A stretch of DNA of 51,216 nt, counting the filler, from Catajapyx aquilonaris (lineage: Eukaryota), in assembly GCA_000934665.2 (NCBI GenBank). It is 2 parts of 2 records of this genome, joined end to end, with 100 filler letters (N's around TTAATTAATTAA, not from the genome) between each part and the next. Parts side by side here need not be neighbours in the genome. Positions count along the whole stretch, not along the records: positions 25,682 to 51,216 come from KZ539336.1; 1 more part is not named here. The stretch is one strand, 5' to 3'. Of the stretch, positions 34,851 to 48,861 are shown one piece after another. The first letter of the stretch is position 1. Each line of letters opens with the position of its first letter. The position numbers and the translations under genes are program-made. The notes beneath the pieces were generated by a model, which was not told where the DNA came from, did no database searches, and saw only the letters and a program-made list of their open reading frames with translations.

Positions 34851-37800
34851 TCATTATTAAACACTGGTTGTAATTTTTGAATGCTATTACGTATTCACGC
34901 AAAAATTAGTAAGGCCGGTACCCATTTCTTCATTATTGGACTACAACATTATACAATACGGTAGTAATTACGCGACAACTACACATTGATTTAACCCTGA
35001 CATTCCTGGGACGTACTGATATGGAATGCGCCTATTTCATTAAATTATACGCATTTCGTATAAAAGATGGAAACAGTCGCAGCAATACATTTTTCGCATC
35101 TTGTTATACTTTTCAATTTGAACAAAGTTATCTCGAGGGCATATTATTTGTGTAACATTCTTTGGGGTTATCGAGTTTGCACGTTATTACTGCAGGTCCT
35201 AATGCAACTATATATAGCAAGCTTATAACCGCACCGGTAAAATGTGGGCAAAAATGCTCTAATTAGCATGTCCACTGCTATCAATATCAATAGGTTCACA
35301 AACACAATGATTGTTAATTAGTTGAAATTACATTATAATCGTTAATTTATTTGCACAAGTATTAATTTATTGAGTATAACCCTACATAACACCAATACAC
35401 ATGATGCAGAAAATGCAATAACAAAGGGAAATCATGCTGAACATTCCAGATTACAGGAATAGCTTGAGGCCCTTTTTTAAACTACTACTAATTCTGCACC
35501 GTTCTGCACAGTATAATAGTTGGCACAGTACATTTTCATACCCTACAAATCGGAGCAACGCTGGTAACACGAGATAAAGATACTAGAAAGTAGCAGAGAG
35601 TTATGGCATCCAGGACACGTCATAGGTGAGCCACAAGTATTCCACCCCCACCGGTGCTGCTGCATGATAGCGTCAGCGGATGTAATATCAATCTGACTCC
35701 CCCTCGCGCATGCAATTATTTGTACGCCGCCATTTGTTAGCAAAGCTTGTATATTTGGCTCCTCGAACCGTACCACCAACCAATAATTTAATCTGGTAAT
35801 TAGCATATGGTGCCCCCTCCCATCCCCTTCCTCATCCCACCTCCCGTGATGCACCAGTAGCACCGACGGAGCCTTTCCCTCTGTTCATCCCTATAACATC
35901 CTCTCCCCATACAACCAGATGCAGCCTGGAAATTTACGCGCAACCACTATGTTGTATATTAATAATTTTATGGCTCTATACGACGCTTAAATCCTACTTT
36001 ATGAGGTTGAGAGAAATTATAGCTTCAGTGTGATGCGCTCTGGCTCTGGGATGGGAGAAAATAAATCCGCCCTAGTGGAAATAATCGTTCGTAGGCGATA
36101 GCCAATTAGGTGTCAAGCTACAAAATACGAACGCATCTGGAGATATTTGGAGAGGCGGACCCTGGTCATCGCCCTCCCATCAATTTAATGGATCTTTATT
36201 AATTAAGAGGATTTGGAGGCCGGGAGCCCTCCGGCGGAGGAGACAAGATGGGGGAGCACATGAAGTTGCTGATGCGCCTGGGATTAGGCGCAGCCGTTAA
36301 GGGAACTTGCAGCAGCTCATCAAGTTCCTGCGGAGATTATACCCGGAGAGCCTGTCTCTGTCGTTGTCTTACTCAATCCCATGATCCCAACTCACTTTCA
36401 GCACCCATTTCCTAGCACTGCTCAAGCCACAGCCCCCCCTACTCTGCCACTGGATATGCACTACGTCTACATGCAGTATGCGGTCCGGGCTTACCGGCCC
36501 TAGCATAAGCTCTCCCTTTTGCAGAATTACACACCACTCAATTGCTCAAGTTTGAGTTTGGCTTGGCTGTGAGTGGGAATGGGCACGCGATAGGCGGAGG
36601 GAAGTTTTAAGAATCCAGTAATAAAAGAATCATTTGGTTATGCAGCAGTCATCATTAGAGAAAAGTTATTCAGTTGGGTCAGAGGCGCTGTAGAGTCGAG
36701 ATTTTTATTTCAAATAGGCAGAAGAGAAGGCTTGTAAAAGTAGCCTTGCCTAAATGGGTTATCTGACCAAAGCGCATAATTATGACTAATCAGCATAATA
36801 GCTACTTATACGAAGCCTCTCTATAGCAGTTTGATAGCATAGTAAATCAACAGGAGCTAGAATGGTATGTAAAATTGTGCGAAATTCAGTGGCTCTAACT
36901 ATAATAGTGCAAATATTATTTTAATGCAGTGGTCCAAATCCTGTGACAATAACGAACACCCTGTTATAATTAAAATCTGCCACCTGACATTTCTATGGAT
37001 GTGCAGCAGCCTGGTCGACTATTGCGTACACGCGTGAATAGTCTGCTCGTTGACGCACTCTTGCTATTATGCCCTCACCTTTATTTAGAATCCTCTCAGG
37101 GTAAAATTGGCAAGCCGCTTTCACTAGAAAATAATCACCAGCTCATCAGCCAGTAACCAGTGTGACTCCCCTCTAATAAAACATGACCAACAGCAAAGAA
37201 GCGCAAGACAACGATCCCATAGTCTCTGTAGCCTCACGCCTAAATTTATTAGCACTTTGATGAGAGAGGGGGAAAAAAATCAGGTAGCTGAATGTAATTC
37301 TACACTCTGGAGGTGATGCATGCAAGAGTACCAAAAACGCTCTGGAAGTTTTCGGGCCTGGGGCGAATTTCATCTACCTGCATTTGCAGGCTCGAACGCT
37401 CCGAACCGGCACCTTTGCACTATATTCGCCATAAAGTAAGCGAAATTATTAATCTTGTTTACGTTAGGCGTGTTTTCGCGCCCCTTTCCGCTAATTTTCA
37501 TTCCAGGCTCCGCTTGTGCTTATGGGCATCATATTTGCAGCCATTACTCATTTCAAGGGGCCACTAATAAACAAATGGCGCGGGAATGGGAGGGGTCTAG
37601 GGGGAGGAAATGCGACCGTTTCCTCCATTTTTTTGCCCCCCCCCCTCCCCCTTCTAAATGTATGATTGAGCTTGCAAACTTGTTATCAGCTCCAGATTCC
37701 ATTCCTGCGGAGGGAGAAAAGTGACGTGTTTGTTCGAGGAAAGGATGATTTAGATGGAACGCTCGTACTTTCCAATAAAGCCAGCAAGTTTGTGTACAAT

Positions 37801-38573
37801 TTCCGGAAGTTGAACGGGGGAAGGTTACGTCTCGAAGTATTGGTACACGAATATCATTCATCAAGTAGTATTGATTGCCCCTTTCCAGGGTGGACCAAGT
37901 TGCAGGAAGTGTTTGAAGGCAGCTTCCAATCTTGGTGTCAGAACAAGACCCATCTCCCGCCCAACAGCCATCCCACATTCCATCTATTCGAGTGATGCTC
38001 AATAGAACCCTCCTTCTCCCCTCTCCCCCGTCTTCTCCATCTCCCTCCCTCTCTTTACATCCTGCAGCATTTCACCAGAGTCCTAAGTTGCTCCTTCAGG
38101 CTTAAATTTATTTGCCACCACATCGACCTTTTCATGTAGGCACACAGGAGCCTGAAGTGATGGGGGAGGAGATGGGAGAGGTGGGGGAAGGAGGAAGAGA
38201 GTAGGGGGGAGGGGGAAAAAGAGAATATTGCCCTTCCTTGACAACGTTAAGTGCCTAAGGAGGATGGAAAGGATCATTCGAAAGGAAATCTGCGCGCATA
38301 AACATAAATTTTATGTCCCGCTGGACGGTCGCAATAAAAGTAGCAAAATGTGCCCCCTCCCCCACCCTCTTTTTTCTGGACTTCTACCAGCCACTTCAGT
38401 TTAAGCTAAAGCCAAAGCTTCTTATTTCCTCGGGGTACAGGACTAGGTCTCCTCTTTTATTAGCCAGTGCTAAAATACGAGACGAGTGTGGATCAGCCCA
38501 AGGATACAAGTAGCAAGACCACTCTGTGACAATGAAAGTGCCAGACTTGTTCAAGCGCTATTCTAGTGCTCAC

Positions 38574-38646
<73 letters not shown>
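38574..38646 (+). repeat. (AAT)n microsatellite
   Basis: Directly visible. Confidence 0.95.
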
Positions 38647-41600
38647 TAGGTAGCAATGCTTGTGGAATACAGTATAAGAGAAAGATTAGTTGCAGGTTCT
38701 TTGATTGTAACATGGCTCCAAGCACGAACTAGTTATGTAGCATAGGCTACTTGTCTGTACTGTATACCAACAGCTCATTTTTTATGCGAGACTGAAATTC
38801 CAAAAAAGGGATTGTAAAACGCGTACTACACACCCTGGAGACATGCGATCGAAGCAAGAGGAAGCCCATAGAATTCGTGTCGTCCCTTTTTCTCCCCTTT
38901 CTTTTGTGTGCATTTATATCCGCTTGCGCTAATTAGGCAAGCAGTCGATCCATCCAGGAAATAACCGGCTTCCAATCCTCCGGGAACAGCATGCATGCAC
39001 TACCCGCCTAGCAGCCCGCCTAGAAACTAGAGCTAGAAGCGAGGGGTGGTTGTAATGGGAATGCTGGAGGGCTCGGCTGCAGCTCAGCCATAATGATAGC
39101 TCTTTGATGTCCAGAGTGGACGCTCCCGGGCCCCATGCGGAAGCAAATGAAGATCCCGCCACTAATCTATACAGCTCCATGCCAAAATCGGTTAATTATA
39201 AATGCTTATGACAGCAGGACCGGGGAAAAGGGGGTGGATGGGTGGGGATTTACCAAGGATGTATAGGTGGTGCGCCCCTCAGGGGGCAGTCGATGGTCGA
39301 TGCAGTGGGGGAGGGGGGGGGGAGGTGAAGCGAGCGTTGACTCTCCACCCCAGGGCGTCTCCCAAGCCCTTTGTGCTGTATCCGATCCATCCTTGTGTTA
39401 CATGCATGTGCTGTATGAAATTGGGGTGTAGGGAGTAGGAATGGATGAGAAGGGTCCTATCCGGAAAACCATCTGCAGACGAATGATATCGGGTGAAATC
39501 ACCTGCTGCTAAAAGACCAGGCCTGAAGGGCCAACGAGCTTCTCTGCTGGGTCAGCCTAGAGAGTGTGCTATCTGCTGAGGATAACGGTAGGGATACCTC
39601 TCGGATTCGATGTCCATAAGTCCGCTTTACGGCTCCATTTTCTCCTAGTTCAAACCGTTTGCATGGAGAATGGCGGATGGGCGAGCAGGGGGGTATAATC
39701 TGGGGAAATATTTGATTCCTCCACAAGAATAATGCTTTAGAGGCATAAACTCTACATTATGTATGGACTTTTATGAGGGTCAATAAAATCAAAATGGCAA
39801 CTACTTAGTTTAACCTACAAATGGGCTAAACCTAAACTTAAAATTCATATGTGGTCAGTCCGCAAATCCTATAGTATTAAACATGCAGCAGTTACATTAA
39901 GTTATCGTTCGCATTATTCTGGAAAGTTTCCAGCTCAAATCTCAGTAACTAACTATACTGTCTTGATGGTGCAGAACTGCAGAAGCTTAAAAACCCACGC
40001 TCGCCGCACCGTGGGAATAGTTATTGGTCACGACGATGCAGGTGAACTGACTAAACATGTAACTTTCATTGTGCAAAGTGCCAAATGTACTAATTTGTAC
40101 AAATATGAGAACCTTGCAGTATCACTATGAAAAAACTAATCCGGACATATAGGAGTTTTCAAAGGGTCGCGCCAGCAGAGGTACTGTATCTTTTGAACAC
40201 GTTTCATAATCACACAAGTGTTACAGGGGGGATATTTCCCAAGGTATCAGTACTGGGTATATAAATGAATATTCACTCGCTCCATAAGCTTCAAAAATGG
40301 TACCCCAGATGCTGATTTCCCAGGAAGTTGCAGCTGCTGGAGTGGAAGCTCCGTAGGCCTATTGATTATTCAATCAACTCCCATTAATTACTGCTAGCAT
40401 TACCATGATTTGATTATACATCTGGTTGCTCCCGCCTTCAGGAATCGTCTTTTTTACCAAAATGACACATGCACTATATGCACCAACTGCAAGTTCACAT
40501 GCAAACAGTTTGAGACATTTTCCATTCATTCCTATAGAGAAAGGGCGTGACACTATCACAGTATTGCATAAATCTGGACATTCACTCGGCTACAGAAATA
40601 TTAAAACATGTTCCGGTCACGTAAACCGGAAATGAAATCCAATTCCACAATCACTCTGATACTCCCAAACACTGCTTCACATAAAGGCACATTTTTGCTG
40701 AATGCCGCCAACATGTACACTGTACAGGCTTCCATTATGAACACAATACTTTTCTTGGTTCCAACCGGCATTCAACTTGTTGTGTTTGATCCCTGACACC
40801 ACACACGGCATGTAGCATTCTAAAAAGATATTAACAGTTCATATTATTGATTCATGTTTATTTCGGGGGCGTTATGCCAATCTGTGCACTGGCACTAAAT
40901 GGGTTTCCATTCGCTTGTTTAACGGTAATTATTTACCGCCAGCTATGGCTGTGGGTTCCATGTAATCAGTGAGTAATCTCAGTTGATTTAATTTATCGAT
41001 TTTATCGACTGCCAAGGCACACACACGGCCCGTGAGACTGATTTTATTCCTGGTGAAACTCCGTTGGCGAAAACAAGTTTTCTCATTCCAGGAAGAGAGG
41101 CTATCCGGAATCGAATTATCCGGTGGCACAAACCTCAGTAACGAAGTTGAATGAAGGCAGCAGCCTGTCTCAAATTGTGCTCCGCTGGACATTTGCGTAT
41201 CACCAGCACTCACAATTTCACATCTGCAGAAATATTTTTAGCTCAGATTATTATTGCATTTCATGGTGTTATGGCCATGAGTGTGTCGATGCATTGCGAC
41301 TGATTATAATAAATCTCACTTGCACGGCCATAACATGGAAAAACAATACTGTTTAATCTATAATCGCAGAATAAAAACGCAATCCAAATACCACTGGAAA
41401 CTTCAATCATATAATGCTGTTGTTTATGAATCCTACAGTGCAGGCTACAGTATTGTTATCGTACACAGTACTTCACAGTGTTTCATGAGGGAATCAGACT
41501 GGAAAAATCCTATGTGGAACTTGACTAGCCATGCATAGTAACGCGGCACCGTCGCGTCGCCCTATGAGTCCGACAAGGGTCGTTCTAGACCCATTGGCAA

Positions 41601-42509
41601 TGCAGCTGAATCGTGAATATTCCAACTGGACACCAGAAGGTGACGTCTGCCACAAAGCTGCTGGGGGTAAAATTTTGATTCGGAAATGGTGATACCTCGC
41701 ATTGGCTCTCAGCCCCACATGCACATATGGCCAGAGTGATGCAACTGTAGGTTCCGCTCATTTGATGGCATGAACCTGTTGATCTACGTATACATCAAAG
41801 TCCATAATTGAGTTGGAACCGCCGCTGAACAGGTGGCCAGGGGACATAGCTCCACTAGTCTCCTTCACACACTGAAGGCCCGCCGCTAAGGTGTGAGCAG
41901 CCGGTTTACTCCCAGCTTGTGTGTCAGTCAACAGAATCAAATCCTCCATTACTCTAGCAAGTGATATTTCATTACCTGCTTTCAAGATCAAAACCACAAG
42001 CTTCTGAACTGGTGGCTCATGGTCTTTAAATTACGTTAGCCATAATTCCTAGCGAGCCCCTTGAGAAGCCCTCTAATGCCCGGGTTAAGTGCTTCATATT
42101 TTATGTCCCTCGCGTCCTCCTGTGTCTGATGTCTACGTGTAATTAAATCGTCCGAGAGAACCCCCTCCATTGCAAGATTCGCTAGCTCTTCTCTTCTGTT
42201 TCCCCTCGCTAAATTCCCATCCAAACCTTTTCCACTCAGCTGCCATTCCGCTTCCCTGCCCATTGCTGCTGGATTTGATTAGAACTCCCCGAGATATGGC
42301 GGGGAAAGAGGATCTCACAAGCACCCTAGAGGGACTTATTCAATTATGTACTTGTATCACTGCCGGACACAAACCCGGACCATGTGACATCTGCACGCGG
42401 TACGACGCACTCATCCGTCTCACTGCTCATTTTCTCCCTCAACTGATACGGCTGCGTAACCGCTAAATTAGCCCGTAATATACCAGGGACTGGGCAAGCA
42501 CCACGCATG

Positions 42510-42532
42510 NNNNNNNNNNNNNNNNNNNNNNN
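42510..42532. other. Assembly gap abutting poly-C
   Basis: Directly visible. Confidence 0.95.
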
Positions 42533-42908
42533 CCCCCCCCCCCCCACTGATAACTCAAGAGTTACTATTCATATAATTGTGCTGCTACCCGGAACTGGGG
42601 AGAATATACCTACCAGAGAAGAGCATTCGGTCCCACTTCCTAGTACTGCACTTTTTTACGAGAAGTATTGTAAATCGTCATTTATGGTCGAATAGCAGAA
42701 TAGCTGCTACTGAGTCGCAAATAGCGCAGCATTATTTTCCAGTAACAGTTTCTTAAATAACAGCTGTTGGAAATAACCAATCCCCGTCCGCCCGAGGGCT
42801 GGTTGCGGGGACCACTTGGGGTTTGTCAATATGCAACCGGTGAAGGGCAGAAAAATATGCACTCGCAGGAAGCTTTGCAATGAGCCGGAGCAGCATGAGA
42901 CTATAAAG

Positions 42909-43476
42909 CAGCGGTTCTTAACCTGGGGTGCCCGCACCCCCAGGGGGTGCGAGCAGGAGTGCCAGATGTACCATGATATTATGGTATTCATACCATATTT
43001 TCGGGTCCGTACCATGTATCGTAAGTGGTACACAAAAAATACCGGTACCAAAATTTGGTCAAGTCCAATGTTACTCTGTAATTCCACTTCCATGAAAAAA
43101 GTGCTACCAATTTCATGAAATAAACCCCCCCAACACACCCACTCATATCTCCCAGTCAGTTAGTCACCTAAGCTCGTGTGACCTTGAACCACAAAGAAAA
43201 TTTCGCCTACGGCGGGCTTGCTCCCACCCTTTACGACAAGTCAAAGTATTTCTTTGATGGCTATTTTTGTCATTTTATACGCGATTTTCGATTAGTACCA
43301 TTACTTTCGTGGGTTGGTACCATCACTTCGATTCCGCGATCTGGAAGCACTTGCGAGCAAGGTGCTCCTCTAAGCTCTAACTATGACCTTAATCAATCAC
43401 CCCTGGTATATAGGGTGCGACAAGGACCAACTGTCTTCAAAGGGGTGCGGAGACCCGAAAAGGTTAAGAACCGCTG
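42909..43476. mobile_element. MITE, hAT (Charlie-like)
   Basis: Perfect 16-bp TIR CAGCGGTTCTTAACCT / AGGTTAAGAACCGCTG; 8-bp TSD CTATAAAG at 42901-42908 and 43477-43484. Confidence 0.9.
42955..43351. mobile_element. Nested MITE (hAT/Tip100-like ends) inside the hAT MITE
   Basis: Ends AGGAGTGCCAGAT / ATCTGGAAGCACT, GTACCA subterminal repeats, flanked by direct repeat TGCGAGC (42948-42954, 43352-43358). Confidence 0.6.
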
Positions 43477-44337
43477 CTATAAAGGGGCTTGTGCTTAGAT
43501 CCTTAGAAGCAATATTGCATCCTGGCCCTAGTTACCCTGGGGAATGAAGTGTACCGGCGGCAGTACTCGCTGGCACCCATCTCATGTACTCCGGAAAGTG
43601 AGCCACTAAGCATGCCCTGGAGACTGGGAGGCCGGGCACAGCTGCTGGCAACCGATTCTGTTCCAGCTATAGTCGGACTCTTCGCCTTCGGAGACCTTTT
43701 TCTTGCAGAAACAGCTGCGGCACCAAAGTCTAACGGCCTACACCCCCCCCCCCCCCCGATCCCTCGGGCTGCACACCCGCCACCTCCATCTCCAAAACCC
43801 AGTGCAATCTAGAGTAAGATGTATAATTTATTTTCCACAGGAGAAAAAGAGCGGCGAGGAAGGCCAAGTTAGAGCAGTGAGAAACACCGTTGTTTATTCC
43901 CATGCATAAATATCCTCCCGCTATGGCAAGCCAACTCGGTTATATAAGGACTTACCGCCAGTGGAAATATTTCAGATTTCAATGGACTTCCGCTTTCTAA
44001 CACAATTCCGAGGAAAGGGAAGAGGCACAGCCGGCAGACAATTTATTTCAGACCGGCTTGCTTATTAAATTGAGGATACCGTGTTTTCTTCTTAACAAGG
44101 GCGTTAACAACGGAGAAGGAGAAACTTTTTGCTCATTTTTGGACCACTCAGAGACAAATTTCCTTCTGCTGATTACTAAAAGGATAACGAGAGTCTACTT
44201 CTTGTCGTAATACCCCAAGAATCGAAACGTTGCTCTCTCCTTATTTTAGTAAACTGAAAGAGATAAAAAAGCAACATTTATAGCGTTCGAAAAAAAGAAC
44301 CTAATGTTGGTTTGAGCATGCTGGGTTTCAGGAAATA

Positions 44338-44930
44338 CAGTAAAACTTCTATAAGTCGAATCTCCATGGGCCCGGAAAAAAACTTCGAGTTATGGAAGAT
44401 TCGAGTTAGAGAAGTTTGGTTTTTTTTGAGGACAGAACTCTATAAGGACGCCTATCTTTATATCCAGTGACGAAAGGTGCTCAAACCTTAAAAATAACTG
44501 TCACTATCACATTTACAATGTTCCTCGTTGTTTTGGTGTAAAAAGATATCCGTTATGGACATTTGCCTACTCTTAGATTCAAGGATTCAATTGTCACAAT
44601 CGAGTCAAACACTTCTTTCGGTACGTCTGGTAGACGGAGATCAGGAAATCGAGCCTTTCTGTACATGTGGCCTACTCTCGACCCTTCGGCTGGGAAATGA
44701 GAAAATTTTCCGTACTCGCCAACATGAACTTCGACTTAGGGAGACAAAATAGATATCCCATCGTAAGGCCCTGCCTGCACTTCGAGTTATGGAGAACTTA
44801 GAGTTATAGAAATTCGAGTTAGGGAAGTTTATTTCATATTCTTTTACATTGTGACCAACCAAGCTCATCATTTTCTTCGACTTATAGAGAACTTCGACTT
44901 AGGGAAGTTCGACTTATAGAAGTTTTACTG
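44338..44930. mobile_element. MITE, pogo/Tigger-like
   Basis: TA|CAGTAAAACTTCTATAAGTCGAA ... TTCGACTTATAGAAGTTTTACTG|TA: perfect 23-bp TIR; many TTCGA(G/C)TTA subterminal repeats. Confidence 0.9.
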
Positions 44931-46137
44931 TAATTATATACAATTCTGCTAATTATATGACAAAGTGATGAGAGGGTTACTCTGCCTATATACTCTGAAA
45001 AGAGTGTTTGAATAATTTTTTGCAAAGAGAAATGAGCAGTTTGACAGCATAATATATTATTTCATATGAGGTTACACTAAGGCACGTTTTATATCCATAA
45101 CTTGGCAGTCCACCATATTCGGTGCAAAAATTTAGAGCAAATGTCAATATAATATTATTATCGTATATTTAACAGTTTATTAAATTCCGCGCTCAATATT
45201 ATCCAGTTCTTTTCAAAAAGTTCTCAAAAGTCAACATTTCTACTGTACCTTTTTATCCAACTTTCCCGGAATCATGACCGTATCCGAAGTTGGGGAGAAG
45301 GTACTGTACATAGGGGTAGTCATAATTACGTGGGTTGATTCAAAAGTCATGGCGCGTATTTTTTATATATTCGAAAACGGTAACACATACAGAGATGACC
45401 TTTGCTAAGTTTTGAAGCTCAGGCAGTAAGTAACTATACCAAAAAGTGTGTGCACTGGTCTTAACTTAACATATGAAGACTAGAGCTTTCGATAGAGTAA
45501 ACTTCCTCCATGCTATATACGACAGTATGCATAAAACCTTTATTATCATTGTGTTTTATCTTATAAATATTATAGGCTAATGTGTCCAAAAATTAAAAGG
45601 CCTGAATAAATGGTCTTTTTCACACCAGCATATGTGGGGCATATGTCGGCCAATGTACTGTACTAACAATATATTGTGGGTAGACTTAATTCTGAGTTTG
45701 TAAGTACAGGAACACAAGCTGGGGGGAACAGGTGTTTCAAATGTCGCATTGCCAATGTTCGGTCAGTTAACGGCATTTGTTTAAATTTTTTACAAATTCC
45801 TAATATATTATGCTCGTACCTTAACAGAAAGACTTGTTGAGAAATAATGAAATTAGCCTTTATAGATGAATGCAATACGAGGATTTCATAAAACAAAATA
45901 AACATTTATCATGAACAAAGTCACTAAACCCGAAGGTAATTCCTTGACTTTTTATTCTTTCAAGTTTGCTCTCATTTTCCCACTTCTTGTGATTAAGAAC
46001 CCTTCCTTTTGTGAGGGCGGATCACCTTCAATAAAGTAATCCATAAGATTAATACTTTAAATGCATGTGCCATAATTCATCCGGAATTAATGCTTTATAC
46101 AGCATACAGTATGTGGCCCAAACACCCCACCTCAATA

Positions 46138-46507
46138 TTGATTGATTTATTGATTGATTTATGTTACCCCGTGATAGGGCCAGAGGCCCTCTTAGGGGGG
46201 TGGAATACCACCATTTTACCATCAATTTTCTGTATTTTTCTTCGATCACCGTGCGAGTATTAATAGTTATAAAGGACAGGAAATAGGGAAAGGTTTTTTT
46301 TTGGGGGGTGGGAGGGGGAGACACAGGTGCAGGTGCAATGTCGGAAAAGGGGTCATGTGCAGTCCTGGAGGTTAGGTTGCCAGACGTCTCTAATGCGCGG
46401 GTTGGAGACCCTCCTGACGTAGGCGAAATGGAGCTCCCGGGCGGGGTTCGATCCCTGGATCTTTCGCACGGCAAGCCGAGACGTTACCGTCTCGGCCACC
46501 ACGTCCC
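46138..46507 (-). mobile_element. tRNA-derived SINE (family A, diverged copy)
   Basis: Minus strand GTGGCCGAGACGGTAACGTCTC, GGGATCGAACCC, GGAGGGTCTC, CAACCTAACCTCC, GGACTGCACATG, GCACGGTGAT, ATGGTGGTATTCCACCC...ATCACGGGGTAA all collinear with 21398-21737; (AATC)n tail. Confidence 0.9.
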
Positions 46508-47641
46508 CCTCCCCCCCCCAAAAAAAACAATATTTACAAACCTTGTTTACACGGGAGCATCACAAAATTTATTTTTCTGGAACACACGTGAATGAGTCAT
46601 GATCCAAAACCATTCTGACTTTAATAAATTTTATCACCTAACAGCGAATTCTAAAACAGCCGTTTTAGGCTACCACAAGTAATTTACCAGTTGGGTAACT
46701 GGTTTTTTCCGTATAACATTTTAGACACATCACCATGGTAGTTCTAATGGATGTTTGACCCAATATGTCGCGACCAGCGCCCTTATGTTCAGTTTATCGT
46801 TTTTCTCGCACTTATCTCATTTCCACAGCTAATAACCTGAGCATGAGATTTTAACTTTGTTACTTTTCCATACATCTGTTCAGATTCCAATAAAAAAACT
46901 AAACTGTATATATACTTATATTGCTACTACGCCCACTAAGAATTGGTATTTCATGAAGCTCTATTTATGTGGATTTTATACTGGTTCCACCTAACCCTTA
47001 ATTGACATTTATTATATTGTCAGATATATCAATGAGAAAAAAAATCTAGTTACTGTACAGGTCAGCAAGACAAAGCCAAGAAGATTTAGCTAGGCTCATA
47101 AATTTCGCCTTAGAGTGCCATATAATAACGCTGAATCTGTGATTCCGGAGTCCCTAAAAATCAAAATACAGATACAGCCATGAAATTGAGCAATATTCGC
47201 CCTGTGATTGTCTTATTACAAGGGCCCGGGTATTGATGCCATAAAATCCCTAAAATACCCTATAAAATGCCTTTATGACCTTAGAATATCGAAAAACCAG
47301 CATCAAATAGCTAGAAAATCCCGTAAAATGTAAAAATGTCCATTATAAATGCTCTGACCAACTCTAGTCCAGGTGCTAAGGAATGAAGGATCTGTTGCAA
47401 CTTGAGTGAGTTTTGAAATGATATTTCGTAGCGTTTTTGTTGATACCATTAGGGAGATTATCACACCAGCCGATAGATGACAGCATTCACCCCAATGAAT
47501 GTAAAGAGATGCGGTGGGTAGTCGAGCCGCCAAGTGGAGAGGTGGTGAAACTACTCTGTTTATAAGCTATCGTGATTCTGGCACTTTCTGCTAATCTTCT
47601 CGGTCTTAAATGTAGTTGATAAATCTGGAACGATTATTATA

Positions 47642-48225
47642 CAGGGTGTATCAGAGTCACGAGTCAAGCGCGCGCGAGGGGGTGGTGAAAAATCGTAGGT
47701 GGCGACAACCACGGTCGGTTTTATAAAACAATTAGAAATACGGCAGTAATCGATTTATTCATTACGGCTGTACGGCGTGACGTCACATCCTTTCTGTATT
47801 CTAATTGACCCCCGCGGACTCGCAAATGCAAGGCAAATTCTTTCGGTTGAACCTGGATGAACGGGTTTTTAGCCTTGAGGGTTGCACTGAAAAAGGCGCT
47901 CTTATGCTACACCCGCAGGGTACTGTACAACGTAGTGTACTACTGTACAGTGGTGTGTTCAGTACCGTGCCGGTGTAGCATGAGAGCGCCTTTTTCAGTG
48001 CAACCCGCAAGGCTAAAAACCCATTCATGCAGGTTCCACCGAATGCATTTGCCTTGCATTTGCCACTCCGCGGGGTCATTATTTCGAATACAAAAAGGAT
48101 GTGACGTCACGCCGTTCGGCCGTAATAAATAAATTGATTACTGCCGTATTTCTAATCGTTTTATAGGTGTACGATTTTTCACCACCCCCTCTCACGCGCT
48201 TGACCTGTGACTCTGAAACACCCTG
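47642..48225. mobile_element. Tc1/mariner-like foldback MITE, almost entirely palindromic
   Basis: TA|CAGGGTGT...ACACCCTG|TA; inverted similarity continues ~270 bp to a centre near 47930-47945. Confidence 0.9.
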
Positions 48226-48861
48226 TATTGTTAATTAATAAAGAAAATCTGAAGAACCACTAAAGAAGAGAAAACAGAAAATTGTAATTAAGCTTGATCG
48301 TTAAAGTAACTAAAGGAACGGAACAAGTTCCGACACTAAAGCGAAGGGACAATCCACACCACTACTGATATGCCGATCTAAGGTCACGTGGGTTTGACGG
48401 AGAAACCCTGGGGAAACCTATGTGAAAAAAACGGAGTTGCAGTGGTGCAGTGGTGCAAACCCTTAGCACCCGGACTACTCTGCATAGTCACTCTACACGG
48501 TGTTTCAAGTGATTTTGACAAACAATGGGGGGTTTGGTATGTTGTGTAGCACATGTTTACAACCCCCATACACAATCACAGAGCGTCTGTAAAGTCTAGG
48601 GTGCATGAAGGACACACTCTACGACACAATCGAGAACACAACATGGAACACAAGGACAATCATAACCATTTCTTGATCATGACCTACTTTTGGCGTGGCA
48701 TTGTCGGACGCAAATTCCTCAGGATATTCTATAGTAGGCTACTATGCGACGCCATTATCTCTTCGTAACGAGGCTGCGGAGACCAAATTACCCTCAGACA
48801 ATATTAAAGTAATATCCTCTGCATCGCAGGAGTTCACCATAGAAGTTATTTGGAATCACCA

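Noticed and set aside
37105..37156. Minus-strand CTGATGA-stem-GAAA hammerhead-like motif
   Set aside because: Stem I only ~3 bp and in-register cleavage triplet would be UUG (not NUH); likely chance.
37553..38002. 149-aa and 109-aa opposing ORFs
   Set aside because: No recognisable domain, includes a poly-G tract, non-ATG starts.
43960..44000. Possible 41-nt minus-strand exon (TTAG|AAAGCGG...GGCG|GTAAGT)
   Set aside because: Only splice motifs support it; no linked exon or similarity, and it lies across an unproven scaffold join from the other candidates.
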